A stretch of 64,000 bases of DNA from an uncultured Chthonomonadaceae bacterium (GCA_963817895.1 CAWFQB010000014.1:192001-256000), one strand, 5' to 3'. Shown: positions 24,178-34,738, counted from the stretch's first letter. Notes: generated by a model not told the origin, from the letters alone. Program-made: numbers and translations.

Positions 24178-25119
24178 GTGTTTACTCTCCTGCATACCAA
24201 CGATTTTCATAACCATCTAACTGCAACGCAGGCCGATATTCTGCGGCGTTTACGGCAGGCTGTCGGCGCGCAGGGTTTGCTTGTGGATGCCGGGGATGCA
24301 GTCGCGTCGGGCAATGTGACGTTTCGGCCCTGGGGCGAAACCATTCTCAAAACGATGAACCATATCGGTTATGACGCTATGACCGTCGGCAACCGGGAAT
24401 TTCATGTGTCGCGGGTTGGTTTTCATTGCAAAGTGGGGTTGGCGCAGTTTCCCATTTTGTGCGCCAATGTACGATCTTCTGGACGCGCAGGGGAGAGTAT
24501 AGAAAATGTTTCCGGTACGCCCGCTGAACTGGAAGCCTCTTTTGTCGAAAAAGGCAAGACAAACGCTGCCCCGCCCGCATGTTCGCATATCGTCCGAGAG
24601 TTGAAGGCCGAAAACGGCGCGACCCTCAAAGTTGTGGTTTTCGGGCTGACCGTGCCGATGGTGACAGAGCGAATGACGGCCCGCCATGCGTCCGCGTACC
24701 TCTTTGATCAGCCTATCACAACCGCGTTGAAAATGGTTCCACAATGGAAGGCCGCGTACCAGCCAGATTTGATGATCGCATTAACGCATATCGGCTATTC
24801 GCAGGATCGAAAACTGGCGGAAGCGGTTCCCAACATTGACCTTATTATCGGCGGTCATTCTCATACGCGCCTGCCCGAAGGTGAGCGCGTCGGGAAAACG
24901 TTGATTGTACAGACGGGATGTTTCGGGCATAATATCGGGCGCGTGGATGTGCGTCTTAATGATACACCGGCTAATCATACGCCGGATCGCTTTACGTTGC
25001 GCGCTGCCCTGATGGATTTGCCGAAGGTATCCAGCGAGGCGGAAATAGAAATGCAGATTGTTCGCTTTCGCGATTCTTTGAAGATCACTCCCATGCCGGA
25101 TACGGAAATGACGGTTTAA
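24178..25119 (+). CDS. Calcineurin-like metallophosphoesterase (5'-nucleotidase N-domain)
   Basis: LHTNDFH, DAGD, GNREF, LTHIG, IIGGHSHT. Confidence 0.85.
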   Translation: MFTLLHTNDFHNHLTATQADILRRLRQAVGAQGLLVDAGDAVASGNVTFRPWGETILKTMNHIGYDAMTVGNREFHVSRVGFHCKVGLAQFPILCANVRSSGRAGESIENVSGTPAELEASFVEKGKTNAAPPACSHIVRELKAENGATLKVVVFGLTVPMVTERMTARHASAYLFDQPITTALKMVPQWKAAYQPDLMIALTHIGYSQDRKLAEAVPNIDLIIGGHSHTRLPEGERVGKTLIVQTGCFGHNIGRVDVRLNDTPANHTPDRFTLRAALMDLPKVSSEAEIEMQIVRFRDSLKITPMPDTEMTV

Positions 25120-25121
25120 CA

Positions 25122-27494
25122 ATGGCCGCACTGCTGCTGATACTCTTATTTGGCGCAATTGCCGCGACTTTTGGCCGAACGCTGCTGGATCGCATGGGAT
25201 TGCCCGCCCTGCATGCCCTGGAACGACTGGCGTACGCCGCCGCGCTCGGATTGGGCATTGCGGCGTATGGCGTGTACGCGCTTGGGCTTGCCGGGCTGCT
25301 GTCTTTCGTGCCGGTTACAGTATGGTGGCTGCTGCTGACGCTGGCAGGCTTGCCGGGACTGCGTTCGTATGGACGAGATTTCCGATTATGGCGCGACAGG
25401 CGTTCAGGAACCTCAACCCTATCGAGAAGTCTGGTCACTGATAGCAATGTAAACACGCTTTCTGATGCCTCCACGCAGCCGGCTTCTCTGTTGCAATCCA
25501 GCGTGAGCGTGGAACACGGCCTGATTGTCGCGTGTGGCCTTGTCCTGCTAATCTTCGGCTCTATTGCGGTTCTCGCCTGCTTTCGGCCACCCGGCCCACT
25601 GGAATGGGACGCGCTGGCCTATCACCTTGCCGACCCCAAACTGTTCCTGCTACAGCATCGTATCCCCAATCTGCCCACCGAGCATCACAGCAATTTTCCG
25701 TTTACGATGGAGATGCTGTTCACCGTTGGACTGTTATACAATGGGTACGCGCTTGCGAACCTGTTTCATCTGCTTATGGCCGCGCTCACGCTGGCAGGAA
25801 TGATCGGCTTTTGCTCCCGAACATTGCGTCCCGTCGTAGGCTGGTTGAGCGCGGTTATATTTTTCACGACGCCGATGGTATTGTGGGAAAGCAGTGTCGC
25901 CTACATTGATGTCGGCCTCGCCTGTTTCACCACGCTGTCCGCTTTTGCCGCTGTTTCCGCGTCAGGAGAAGAAAAGGAGAAAAGGAGAAAAGGAGAAAAG
26001 GAGAAGAGGAGATACGAGATACGAGAAGGGGAGCCTTCATCCTTCATCCTTCATCCTTCATCCTTTCTCATGCTCTCCGGCTTGCTCATGGGCTTTGCGC
26101 TGGGGATGAAGTATCTTGCGCTGGTTCCGTTCGGGCTGACGGTGTTACTGCTGTTGTTGGCGCGGGTTCCGGCGCGACGAGTGTTGTTGTTTGTGGCTGT
26201 GGCGGCCCTTGTGGGTTCGCCCTGGTACATCAAGAACGCGGTTGTGATGGGCAATCCCGTGTACCCGTTCGTGACCAAAGTATTTCCGCATAGCCGCTAC
26301 TGGAGCGCGGACAGGGCTGCCGCGTATCAGACGGAGCAGGACAAGTTTGGAACCAAACCGCTGTCAACCGACGTTCGCGGCAAACTGCTAAATCTGATGC
26401 AGGCTCCCTGGCATCTGCTCACCCGGCCCAATCCCTGGCTGCTGCTGTCGCATCCTGAGTTGAAAACAAACGTTTTATACTGCAATCCGGGGGAATTCAA
26501 CTTTGCGGCTATTTTCGGCGGATTGTACGCCGCGCTCGTGTTGCCGCTGGCCTTTGTCCGCCGGGTTTCTCCCTCTGTTCGCTTTCTGTTGTGGCTTGGC
26601 GCGGGGCAGATGTGCGCGTGGTTTGTGTTGTCGCAGGTGGGGCGGTATCTGATACAGGTCATGCCGCTGTTCGCCATTGCGGGCGCGTATGCCGCGTGGC
26701 GACTGGCTTTACCTGCAACGGTCAATGAGGAGGAACAGCGCGGCGATGCGCGGGGCATTACGTTCAAGCCGTTCCGCGTTGCGCAGTTGCCCGGATTGTT
26801 GGGTGTTGGCGCGATTTTCGGGCAGGCGCTGTATGTCCTGCTTTCCGTTTGTACTCTGCCGATGAACGCTACCGGACAGGAGCGCGTGAAACTTGCCGCG
26901 CTTGGACAAATGACTTCCAGCGTTTCGGTTCCGGCGTTAGTGGCGAACCTGGGGCAGACGGAGGCGTGGCAGGCCGACCTGCGCCGCCGCTTCGATGCGT
27001 ACAAAGCCATCGAATGGATCAATCAGAACACGCCCCAAAACGCCGGGATCGCGCTTGTGGATGAAACGCGCGGGTTTTATCTGGATCGTCCGTATCTATG
27101 GGCCAATCAGCAGCACTCGTCCTATATTCCTTACGAAACGCTGCAAAACGGCGTGGAATTGTCGAACTGGTTCCGCGCGCATGGCATCCGGTACGTGCTT
27201 GTCAATCTGAACCTTGCTGCGCAAAATAACGGCGCGACTCGCGACGCCCGATTTCCCGATGGCCCGAACCATGTGGAAGAGGACGCGCTCAACAAGTGGT
27301 ACGGGGAGGAGATGGCGCAGGGTTCTTCGGCAGACAGGGGACACCAACTGATGGGGGATGCGATCAAGCGCAGTTTGTGGCCGACGGCTTTTGAGGCGAA
27401 TGGCTGCATTGTGCTGCAAATCAATCTCGTTGGGGAGAAACCTTCGTCGGAGAGTAGAACAGGGGGGCAGAATGAGCCGTTCGCCACGCCGTAA
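25122..27494 (+). CDS. GT-C/ArnT-like membrane glycosyltransferase
   Basis: Multi-TM; WDALAYHLADPK, AYID, GFALGMKY, PWYIKNAVVMGNPVYPF. Confidence 0.75.
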   Translation: MAALLLILLFGAIAATFGRTLLDRMGLPALHALERLAYAAALGLGIAAYGVYALGLAGLLSFVPVTVWWLLLTLAGLPGLRSYGRDFRLWRDRRSGTSTLSRSLVTDSNVNTLSDASTQPASLLQSSVSVEHGLIVACGLVLLIFGSIAVLACFRPPGPLEWDALAYHLADPKLFLLQHRIPNLPTEHHSNFPFTMEMLFTVGLLYNGYALANLFHLLMAALTLAGMIGFCSRTLRPVVGWLSAVIFFTTPMVLWESSVAYIDVGLACFTTLSAFAAVSASGEEKEKRRKGEKEKRRYEIREGEPSSFILHPSSFLMLSGLLMGFALGMKYLALVPFGLTVLLLLLARVPARRVLLFVAVAALVGSPWYIKNAVVMGNPVYPFVTKVFPHSRYWSADRAAAYQTEQDKFGTKPLSTDVRGKLLNLMQAPWHLLTRPNPWLLLSHPELKTNVLYCNPGEFNFAAIFGGLYAALVLPLAFVRRVSPSVRFLLWLGAGQMCAWFVLSQVGRYLIQVMPLFAIAGAYAAWRLALPATVNEEEQRGDARGITFKPFRVAQLPGLLGVGAIFGQALYVLLSVCTLPMNATGQERVKLAALGQMTSSVSVPALVANLGQTEAWQADLRRRFDAYKAIEWINQNTPQNAGIALVDETRGFYLDRPYLWANQQHSSYIPYETLQNGVELSNWFRAHGIRYVLVNLNLAAQNNGATRDARFPDGPNHVEEDALNKWYGEEMAQGSSADRGHQLMGDAIKRSLWPTAFEANGCIVLQINLVGEKPSSESRTGGQNEPFATP
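25965..26065. repeat. In-frame tandem repeats (AAAGGAGA)n, (TACGAGA)2 and (CCTTCAT)4 inside the CDS
   Basis: Read directly; translated as EEKEKRRKGEKEKRRYEIREGEPSSFILHPSSF. Confidence 0.85.
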
Positions 27495-28812
27495 ACCGCT
27501 TCTCAGCGAACCCGGCCCGCCCATGTCTCCGCTTCCCCCCGCGCCGCAACTGCCGCCCGGTTTGTGGAGGGGCGCGATGGCGGTTCTGCTGGCCCTGTAT
27601 TTGCTGCTGGCCGGTCTTCATGCCAGTTGGGTTCCCACAGGCGAGACGGCGTATCAGAACGCGCCAGATGAGGCCGCGCACGTCCGCTATGTTCGCAGTT
27701 TGGCGTCCGGGCAGTTGCCCTCGCGGGCGTCCGCCGCTCTGGATAAAAGCGGCAAGAACTACGAATGGCATCAGCCGCCTTTATATTATGCGTGGGCAAC
27801 GCTGTTTTCGCCGTTGGGCGAGAAGGGGTTGCGGCTTGCGTCCATTCTGTTGGGATTGGTTGCCATCAGTTTAATATATGCGACCGTTCGGCTGATTTTT
27901 CCCGACGAGCCTATACTGGCGATTGTATCGGCGGGGTTTGCCGCGCTGCTGCCCACGCACATCGCCATTCTATCCACCGTCAATAATGATATATTGCTGG
28001 AAGTGTGGTTCAGCCTGTGTTTGTGGCTGCTGGCGCAATGCCTGCTGCGCGGTTTCTCCCTGTGGCGGGCGGGCTGGCTTGGCGTAATATTGGGACTGGC
28101 GTTGCTGACAAAAGTATCCGCGCTGCTTCTCGTTCCCGTCGCGTTGTTTGCCCTGTTGTTGATGTGGCGAGGCGGGGAATCGCCCCTCAATTTAGCGCGG
28201 GGGTTGGCATGGACACTAACGCTCATGCTGCTATTAAGCGGATGGTGGATGGTTCGTAATCAGCAGTTATATGGCGAACTGCTGCCATTAAAAGTTTTTA
28301 ATCAAGCGTTCGGGGGTACGGCTCAAGCGTCTAATTTTATCGGACGTTTTGGCGTGGGGCGTTACACAGAGGACGTTATCTACAACTCTTTTCTCAGTTT
28401 TTGGGCTGTGTACGGAAATAAAGACTCTGTCGCGCATTTCGGCTTACCGAAGTTTTTACCCGAAGAAATTTATATTTTGCCCCTGATTCTCGCACTTGGG
28501 GCCGGGGCAGGCATGACTCGCCTCCACTTCATTCGTAAAACCGCCTTTACCGAGTCGCAATTACGGTTTCTTTGGATATTGATGCTGACGTTCTTGCTTG
28601 TAGGGGGCGCGTTTGCTCTGTTTTTGACCAAATACTATCAGACGCAGGGCCGCTATCTGTACCCGGCCATGCTGCCAATCAGCGTGATGGTAACAATGGG
28701 CTGGCTGGCATTATTTCCCGCAAAATACAAACCTCATGCGGGCTTGATTCTCTTAGTTATTGTAGGAATCCTCGCGCTTCTGTTTATCATCAGCGTTCAG
28801 GCCACAGTGTAG
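27472..28812 (+). CDS. GT39-family membrane glycosyltransferase
   Basis: APDEAAH, HQPPLYY, VNND, LALLTK, WMVRNQQLYG, QGRYLYPA. Confidence 0.8.
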   Translation: MSRSPRRKPLLSEPGPPMSPLPPAPQLPPGLWRGAMAVLLALYLLLAGLHASWVPTGETAYQNAPDEAAHVRYVRSLASGQLPSRASAALDKSGKNYEWHQPPLYYAWATLFSPLGEKGLRLASILLGLVAISLIYATVRLIFPDEPILAIVSAGFAALLPTHIAILSTVNNDILLEVWFSLCLWLLAQCLLRGFSLWRAGWLGVILGLALLTKVSALLLVPVALFALLLMWRGGESPLNLARGLAWTLTLMLLLSGWWMVRNQQLYGELLPLKVFNQAFGGTAQASNFIGRFGVGRYTEDVIYNSFLSFWAVYGNKDSVAHFGLPKFLPEEIYILPLILALGAGAGMTRLHFIRKTAFTESQLRFLWILMLTFLLVGGAFALFLTKYYQTQGRYLYPAMLPISVMVTMGWLALFPAKYKPHAGLILLVIVGILALLFIISVQATV

Positions 28813-29033
28813 CAAAGTATGAGGGATGAAGGATGAAGGCTGAAACAATGCCTGCATCTATTGTACTTTTGCCTGTGCAGCAAAATCAGGTAGAAACGGA
28901 GTTTTTCATCCTTCATCCTTCATCCTTCATACTTTGCTTACGGGAACTGTTTGGCGGTGTTCTGCGTTTGAACGGGTATAGATTTGCGAAAAATTTTATG
29001 ACAGTCTGATATTTGGTAGGGTAGGGGACAGGT

Positions 29034-29876
29034 ATGAGCGACGCTGAAGACAATATTCCTGAAGGGGGCTTGCATCAGGAAACAGAGGACGATAATCCTG
29101 ATCTGGAAGATATTCAGGAACTGCTCGACATGGGCTACGAGCAACTGGATGCGTTCCGGGAGTGGGTAGATACCCGTTTGGAACTCGGTTCTCGTATCGC
29201 GGAGCAGGATTGTTTCAACGCCGAATTTCTGATTGATTACCTCGCCAATCAGCACCGTAAAAGCGCGGCCAACATCAACGAGTTTGAACTGCGCTGGTTT
29301 CTGTTCAGCCACTACATACGCAAGGCGGCGGCGGAAGAGGAGATTGAGGAGCGATTGCCCGAATCCCTGCAACGCTTTTTCGGCTTTCTGCGCAGGGAAC
29401 ACCGCGAACTGACGCCGGAATGGGTAGAGGCCGTCCTTGATGATACCGCTTTTTACGCCAAGCGACGGCGCGATTACGCGCTACTTGATATTGAGGATGA
29501 GAGGGCGTGGGAGACAGGTTTCCGCGCGTGGTGCGAGGAACTGGAAGACGATCTGGATACGCGCTGTTTGTGGCTGCCGCGTGAAATCGGCGATGGTTTG
29601 GAATGGTCGGAAGTGATGGGCTGGCGCGAAGCCACGCTGTTTCAGGAGGCCAATGGCAACTGGCAGCGTGAACGGGAGCGGCTGTTACGCAATGGTCTTG
29701 ATTACGAGGCGGCGCGTACCCAACTGCTCGACACCTACGAGGCTTGGATGGACACGCCGCAGGCGCGGCTGGATGATGAAACGCCTCGTGAAGTTGTTAT
29801 CGCGGAACGGCTGGAAATTGAGGAAGAGCAGGACGAAACCGACTCCGGGGATGCGCGTCAGGGTGACGACTTTTAG
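29034..29876 (+). CDS. Highly acidic hypothetical protein
   Basis: Intact 280-aa ORF with purine-rich RBS and E/D-rich composition. Confidence 0.8.
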   Translation: MSDAEDNIPEGGLHQETEDDNPDLEDIQELLDMGYEQLDAFREWVDTRLELGSRIAEQDCFNAEFLIDYLANQHRKSAANINEFELRWFLFSHYIRKAAAEEEIEERLPESLQRFFGFLRREHRELTPEWVEAVLDDTAFYAKRRRDYALLDIEDERAWETGFRAWCEELEDDLDTRCLWLPREIGDGLEWSEVMGWREATLFQEANGNWQRERERLLRNGLDYEAARTQLLDTYEAWMDTPQARLDDETPREVVIAERLEIEEEQDETDSGDARQGDDF

Positions 29877-29987
29877 CGTGGGCGATGTGTTGTATGCAGG
29901 GACATAACATGTTATGACCCTGCGAACGTGAAACTTGGCATTCCAGCAAAATAAAATGGGTAATCCGCTCATATTGCGTTATATCTC

Positions 29988-30016
29988 TTGACACTGATGA
30001 AATAATGCGCTATAAT
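29988..30016 (+). promoter_or_regulatory. Consensus sigma-70 promoter upstream of guaA
   Basis: TTGACA (29988-29993), 17-nt spacer, TATAAT (30011-30016). Confidence 0.85.
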
Positions 30017-30273
30017 GGAGGAGAATTCAGGCGGGTTCCCGCTTGAGCCTCCGCGTTTGCCCACAGGCCATTGTCGCCCCAACTCTTTCATTTGGTTTAG
30101 CTCTGGCATGTTCGCTCTTCCCTGACGTGGCATCGTCTATTTTTCCCGATAGTTCAGCAGGTTTGCTGCCTTTCCGTTTGTAGTCTCGTTGTCATTGCGC
30201 CGCAATTTGTTTGTCGGCGTCGTATTCTCTTCTCAATCTCTTCTAATAACCGTTGAGCAAGTTCCCACAGGCC

Positions 30274-31848
30274 ATGAATGAATCGGTTTCTCCAATAGCG
30301 TCAGCGTCACAGGAACTCGTTGTGATACTGGATTTCGGCGCGCAGTACACGCAATTGATAGCGCGTCGTATCCGTGAATGGCGCGTTTACTGCGAGATAC
30401 TGCCCTTCAATACGCCTATCGCTGAATTGAGTGCGCGAAACCCACGCGGCATTATTTTTTCGGGCGGGCCTTCCAGTGTGTATGAAGCTGACGCGCCCCA
30501 TGTTGATCCTGAAGTTTATACGCTTGGTGTTCCTATTTTAGGAATCTGTTACGGGCAGCAGCTCATGGCGCATCAGTTGGGCGGCAATGTTCAGCCCGCG
30601 CAAAGCCGGGAATACGGGGATGCGCAGATTACGGTCCAGCAATCGCAGCCTTTATTTGCCAACATCGCGAAGGAGGGGGATACACTGCCCTGCTGGATGA
30701 GCCATGGGGATAAAGTGCTGTCGCCGCCGTCCGGATTTACCATCGCGGCCACAACGGATAGCACGCCTGTCGCCGCCATGATGGACGAGCAGCGGCATCT
30801 GTATGGCGTCCAGTTTCATCCCGAAGTGGGGCATACGCCTTTTGGAGCCGATCTGCTGCGGGCGTTTGTCACGGGGCCATGCGGCTGTCAGGGAACCTGG
30901 ACCCCTGCCAATTTCGTAGAAGATAGTATCTCCCTGATTCGCGCAAATGTGGGCAGTTCCGGCGTGGTTTGCGGCGTTTCCGGGGGCATTGATAGCTGTT
31001 GCGTGGCGGCCCTGATGCACAAAGCCATTGGCGATCAACTGACATGTATTTTTGTGGATCACGGACTGTTACGCAAGGGCGAGGCCGAGCAGGTGCGCGA
31101 TGATTTTGCCGCCGCTTTTGGCATCAATCTGATTTACGCGGATGCGAAAGAGCGTTTTCTCACCCGTCTGGCTGGCGTCTCCGACCCGGAGCAAAAGCGT
31201 AAAATCATCGGTGACGAGTTTGTACGCGTTTTTGAAGAATATGCCGATAATCTAACAAACGTGGAATTTCTCGCGCAGGGAACGCTTTACCCCGATGTGA
31301 TTGAATCAGGCGGCAGCAAACACGCGCAAACCATCAAGACCCATCACAATGTCGGCGGCCTGCCCGAAGATATGGTTTTGAAGGTTATCGAACCCCTCCG
31401 GCTGCTCTTCAAAGACGAAGCCCGCGCCGTTGCTTCCGAACTTGGCCTGCCGGATAGTATCGTCTGGCGGCATCCCTTTCCCGGTCCCGGACTTGCCATA
31501 CGCATCCTCGGTGATGTGACTGCGGAGCGTCTGAACACCCTACAGCAAGCCGACCACATCTTTCTTGAGGAACTTCATACGGCGGGATTGTACCGGGAGT
31601 ACAGTCAGGCGCTTGCGGTGCTGGCGACGATACGCAGCGTGGGCGTAATGGGGGATCAGCGCACGTATGCCCATCCCATCATTTTACGCGCCGTGACAAC
31701 GGACGATTTTATGACGGCGCGGTGGGCGCGAATACCCTACGACGTTCTGGAACGCGTCAGCACGCGCATTGTCAACGAAGTTTCCGGCATCAACCGCGTG
31801 GTATACGACATCAGTTCCAAACCTCCCGCTACCATTGAATGGGAATAA
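30274..31848 (+). CDS. guaA: GMP synthase (glutamine-hydrolysing)
   Basis: [69 protein letters not shown]. Confidence 0.98.
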   Translation: MNESVSPIASASQELVVILDFGAQYTQLIARRIREWRVYCEILPFNTPIAELSARNPRGIIFSGGPSSVYEADAPHVDPEVYTLGVPILGICYGQQLMAHQLGGNVQPAQSREYGDAQITVQQSQPLFANIAKEGDTLPCWMSHGDKVLSPPSGFTIAATTDSTPVAAMMDEQRHLYGVQFHPEVGHTPFGADLLRAFVTGPCGCQGTWTPANFVEDSISLIRANVGSSGVVCGVSGGIDSCCVAALMHKAIGDQLTCIFVDHGLLRKGEAEQVRDDFAAAFGINLIYADAKERFLTRLAGVSDPEQKRKIIGDEFVRVFEEYADNLTNVEFLAQGTLYPDVIESGGSKHAQTIKTHHNVGGLPEDMVLKVIEPLRLLFKDEARAVASELGLPDSIVWRHPFPGPGLAIRILGDVTAERLNTLQQADHIFLEELHTAGLYREYSQALAVLATIRSVGVMGDQRTYAHPIILRAVTTDDFMTARWARIPYDVLERVSTRIVNEVSGINRVVYDISSKPPATIEWE

Positions 31849-31976
31849 TCCAACATATTTTTGCCGACATACTTCTGAAAATCGGCAGGAGTGTTCGTAT
31901 AGCAGGCGAGGGCATTGAAGAGGGCAGGGCAGGGGAACGGAACAACACCTGTGGGAAATGTAGAATGGATGGGGGC

Positions 31977-32550
31977 ATGGAGGAGCAACACGAAGAATTG
32001 CCGGGGCATACGCTGGATGAAATGCTGACGGAAGCGGATATACAAAACCGCGTTCGTGAAATAGGGCAGGCGATTACGCGCGATTATCCCGATCCTGCCG
32101 AACCCCTGCTGCTTGTCGGCGTCTTGAAAGGCGCGACGCTGTTTCTCGCCGATCTGGTACGCGCCATTGACCGCCCTGTAGAGTTTGATTTTGTCGCCGT
32201 GTCCTCGTATGGAAGCGCGACAAAAACATCCGGCGAAGTGCGCGTTTTGAAAGGATTTGGATGCCGCTGTATCCGGCAAGCACGTTCTGATTGTCGAGGA
32301 TATTCTGGATACCGGCCTGACGCTCCGGTTCAGCTACCTGATAGAAACCCTCCGCGCCCGCCATGCGCGCAGCGTCAAAGTGTGCGTGTTACTGGACAAG
32401 CCGGCGCGGAGGCAAGTCCACATTGATGTAGACTATCGCGGTTTTGAGATCGAAGATAAGTTCGTCGTCGGTTATGGCATGGATTATGCCGAGCGGTACC
32501 GAAACTTGCGCTATATTGGCGTCGTCGCGTTCGACACGCCCAATGATTAG
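31977..32550 (+). CDS. hpt: Hypoxanthine phosphoribosyltransferase (frameshift near 32250)
   Basis: [47 protein letters not shown]. Confidence 0.95.
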
Positions 32551-32669
32551 CCATTCCTCACAAGACACATCTCAATTTCAACTCCTTTGTTACGCAGCGC
32601 TGTGCCGGAAGCGGGCTGCGGGTGACAGGCATCGCTTCCGGGCATCCTCGCGAGGTAACGAAAAACACA

Positions 32670-33950
32670 ATGGAAGATAACCTCAGTTTCAATCTGTCCG
32701 ATCTGGAAAACAAGAGTCTTAACGATTTGCAGGAGCTTGCCAGAGATTTGGGCGTCGGGCCAGCCGCAACATCCACGCGCAAAGACGAGTTGATTGGGCG
32801 CATCCTGCAAGTGCAGACCGACCGCAACGGCTATATCCACGCCAAAGGCATCCTTGAAATTTTGCCGGACGGGTGGGGGTTTTTGCGGCGCAGCAACTTC
32901 TCGCCCAATGCGGAAGACATATACGTGTCGCAAACGCAGATCAAGCGTTTCGGCCTGAAAACGGGTGATGAGGTTTCGGGGCAGGTTCGCCCGCCGAAAG
33001 ACTCCGAAAAGTATTATGGCCTGTTGCGAGTCGAGGGCGTAAACGGCGTTGACCCGGAAGTGGCGCGTAACCGCGTGAACTTCGATGACCTGACGCCGAT
33101 CTATCCCAATGAGCGCCTGAATCTGGAAACCACCCGACAGGAGATGACCGGGCGTATCATGGACATTATCTGTCCCATCGGCAAGGGACAGCGCGGCATG
33201 ATCGTGGCGCAGCCCAAAGCCGGTAAAACAACCGTGCTGAAAATTATCGCCAACGCGATTACGGTCAATCATCCCGAATGTATTTTGATCGTTCTGCTGA
33301 TTGATGAGCGTCCCGAAGAGGTAACGGACATTCGCCGCTCCGTAAAGGGTGAAGTCATCAGTTCTACGTTCGATGAGACGCCGGAAAACCACATGCGGGT
33401 CGCGGATATGGTGTTGGAACAGGCCAAGCGTCTGGCGGAAAGCAAGCGCGATGTGGTTGTTCTGATGGACAGCCTGACCCGTTATACCCGCGCCTCGAAC
33501 CTGACGGTAACGCCGAGCGGACGAACGCTTGCGGGCGGTCTTGACCCCGCCGCGCTGTATCGCCCGAAACGTTTCTTTGGCGCAGCGCGTAACATAGAGG
33601 AGGGTGGGAGCCTGACGATTCTGGCAACCACGCTCGTGGAAACCGGCAGCCGCATGGATGACCTTATCTTTGAAGAGTACAAGGGTACGGGCAACATGGA
33701 GGTGGAACTGGATCGTGGACTGGCGGACAAGCGTATTTTCCCCGCCATCGCGCTCAAATCCAGCACCCGCAAAGACGAACTGCTGTACGATGAAGAGACA
33801 TTCAAGCAGATCGTAAAACTGCGCCGCCTGCTGCATGGCCTTGACCCTCTGGAAGCCACAGAACTGCTCAAGGATCGCTTGCAGCACACAAAAAGCAACA
33901 AGGAATTCCTCGCCGTCGTAGAAAGAACCATCAAAAGCGGCGATGATTAG
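32670..33950 (+). CDS. rho: Transcription termination factor Rho
   Basis: GILEILPDGWGFLR, DIYVSQTQIKRFGL, PIGKGQRG, PKAGKT, LIDERPEEVTD, FFGAARNIEEGGSLTI, KGTGNME. Confidence 0.98.
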   Translation: MEDNLSFNLSDLENKSLNDLQELARDLGVGPAATSTRKDELIGRILQVQTDRNGYIHAKGILEILPDGWGFLRRSNFSPNAEDIYVSQTQIKRFGLKTGDEVSGQVRPPKDSEKYYGLLRVEGVNGVDPEVARNRVNFDDLTPIYPNERLNLETTRQEMTGRIMDIICPIGKGQRGMIVAQPKAGKTTVLKIIANAITVNHPECILIVLLIDERPEEVTDIRRSVKGEVISSTFDETPENHMRVADMVLEQAKRLAESKRDVVVLMDSLTRYTRASNLTVTPSGRTLAGGLDPAALYRPKRFFGAARNIEEGGSLTILATTLVETGSRMDDLIFEEYKGTGNMEVELDRGLADKRIFPAIALKSSTRKDELLYDEETFKQIVKLRRLLHGLDPLEATELLKDRLQHTKSNKEFLAVVERTIKSGDD

Positions 33951-34024
33951 GCAGTTTGAGAGTTGTTTGCGCAAAGTTTTCTGTACTGAGATTTCACTTT
34001 GCCAGTTGAAAGTGGAGGAAAGCG

Positions 34025-34543
34025 GTGGGCAACGATTTCAAGGATCTGTTTGGGGATTGGCGACCCGACGACGAGGGTTTGCGCGCGTCCGAAGGCTCAA
34101 GCGGGCCTCCTGAGACGCGGCCCTCGCCGGCATTGAATGAGAAAGAAGTGAAAGTCGTCAATGTGTATGAGGTGGATACGGGAAATCCGCTTCATAACAC
34201 CACCTTTGTTCTGATGCGCGATAATCATGGCCGAGAGTTCAAAATCTTCGTGATGCGGGATGTAGCGGTCGCGATTTCTATGGCTATCGAGGGTGATCGC
34301 CCGGACAGGCCCTTTACGCACGATCTGATGCGCGTTATCTTAGATAGGCTTGGAGCCAAAGTCGAACGCGTTACTATAGATGACCTGTTGCAGGAAACCT
34401 TTTACGCGAAGATCACTCTGGCTCGGGGCGAAGAGTTGATTGATATAGATGCGCGTCCCAGTGATGCGATTGCGATGGCGTTGCGGTATCGCGCGCCCAT
34501 CTATGTGGCGGAGTCGGTTCTGGAATCTACGCAGAGCGAATAA
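34025..34543 (+). CDS. Bifunctional nuclease family protein (DUF151)
   Basis: RPFTHDLM, TFYAKI, IDARPSDAIAMALR..APIYV. Confidence 0.9.
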   Translation: MGNDFKDLFGDWRPDDEGLRASEGSSGPPETRPSPALNEKEVKVVNVYEVDTGNPLHNTTFVLMRDNHGREFKIFVMRDVAVAISMAIEGDRPDRPFTHDLMRVILDRLGAKVERVTIDDLLQETFYAKITLARGEELIDIDARPSDAIAMALRYRAPIYVAESVLESTQSE

Positions 34544-34572
34544 CCCCATTGCGTATAATTGATGTACAAGTT

Positions 34573-34615
34573 TTAGAACCCCGGCGCAGTTGATAAAACT
34601 GCGCCGGGGTTCTAA
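34573..34615. terminator. 19-bp-stem hairpin after the DUF151 gene
   Basis: ttagaaccccggcgcagtt-gataa-aactgcgccggggttctaa. Confidence 0.7.
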
Positions 34616-34708
34616 TGATTCTGAGACGGGGTTCTGAGAAAATAAACTGAGTGAAATAACCCATTGCTTCCAACGGGTTATAGCTGTAGTGTGGTATGGA
34701 GTGTATAC

Positions 34709-34738
34709 GTTTACCATACCTTGTATTATCGGACGTTT
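34709..34738 (-). other. dif/Xer-like site, copy of the AAACGTCCGATAAT motif
   Basis: Minus strand ACGTCCGATAA-TACAAG-GTATGGTAAAC (11-6-11); right arm matches 8/11 of TTATGTTAAAT. Confidence 0.5.

Noticed and set aside
32547..33974. 475-aa ORF antisense to rho
   Set aside because: Shadow ORF of a conserved gene with biased codon use; no recognisable motifs
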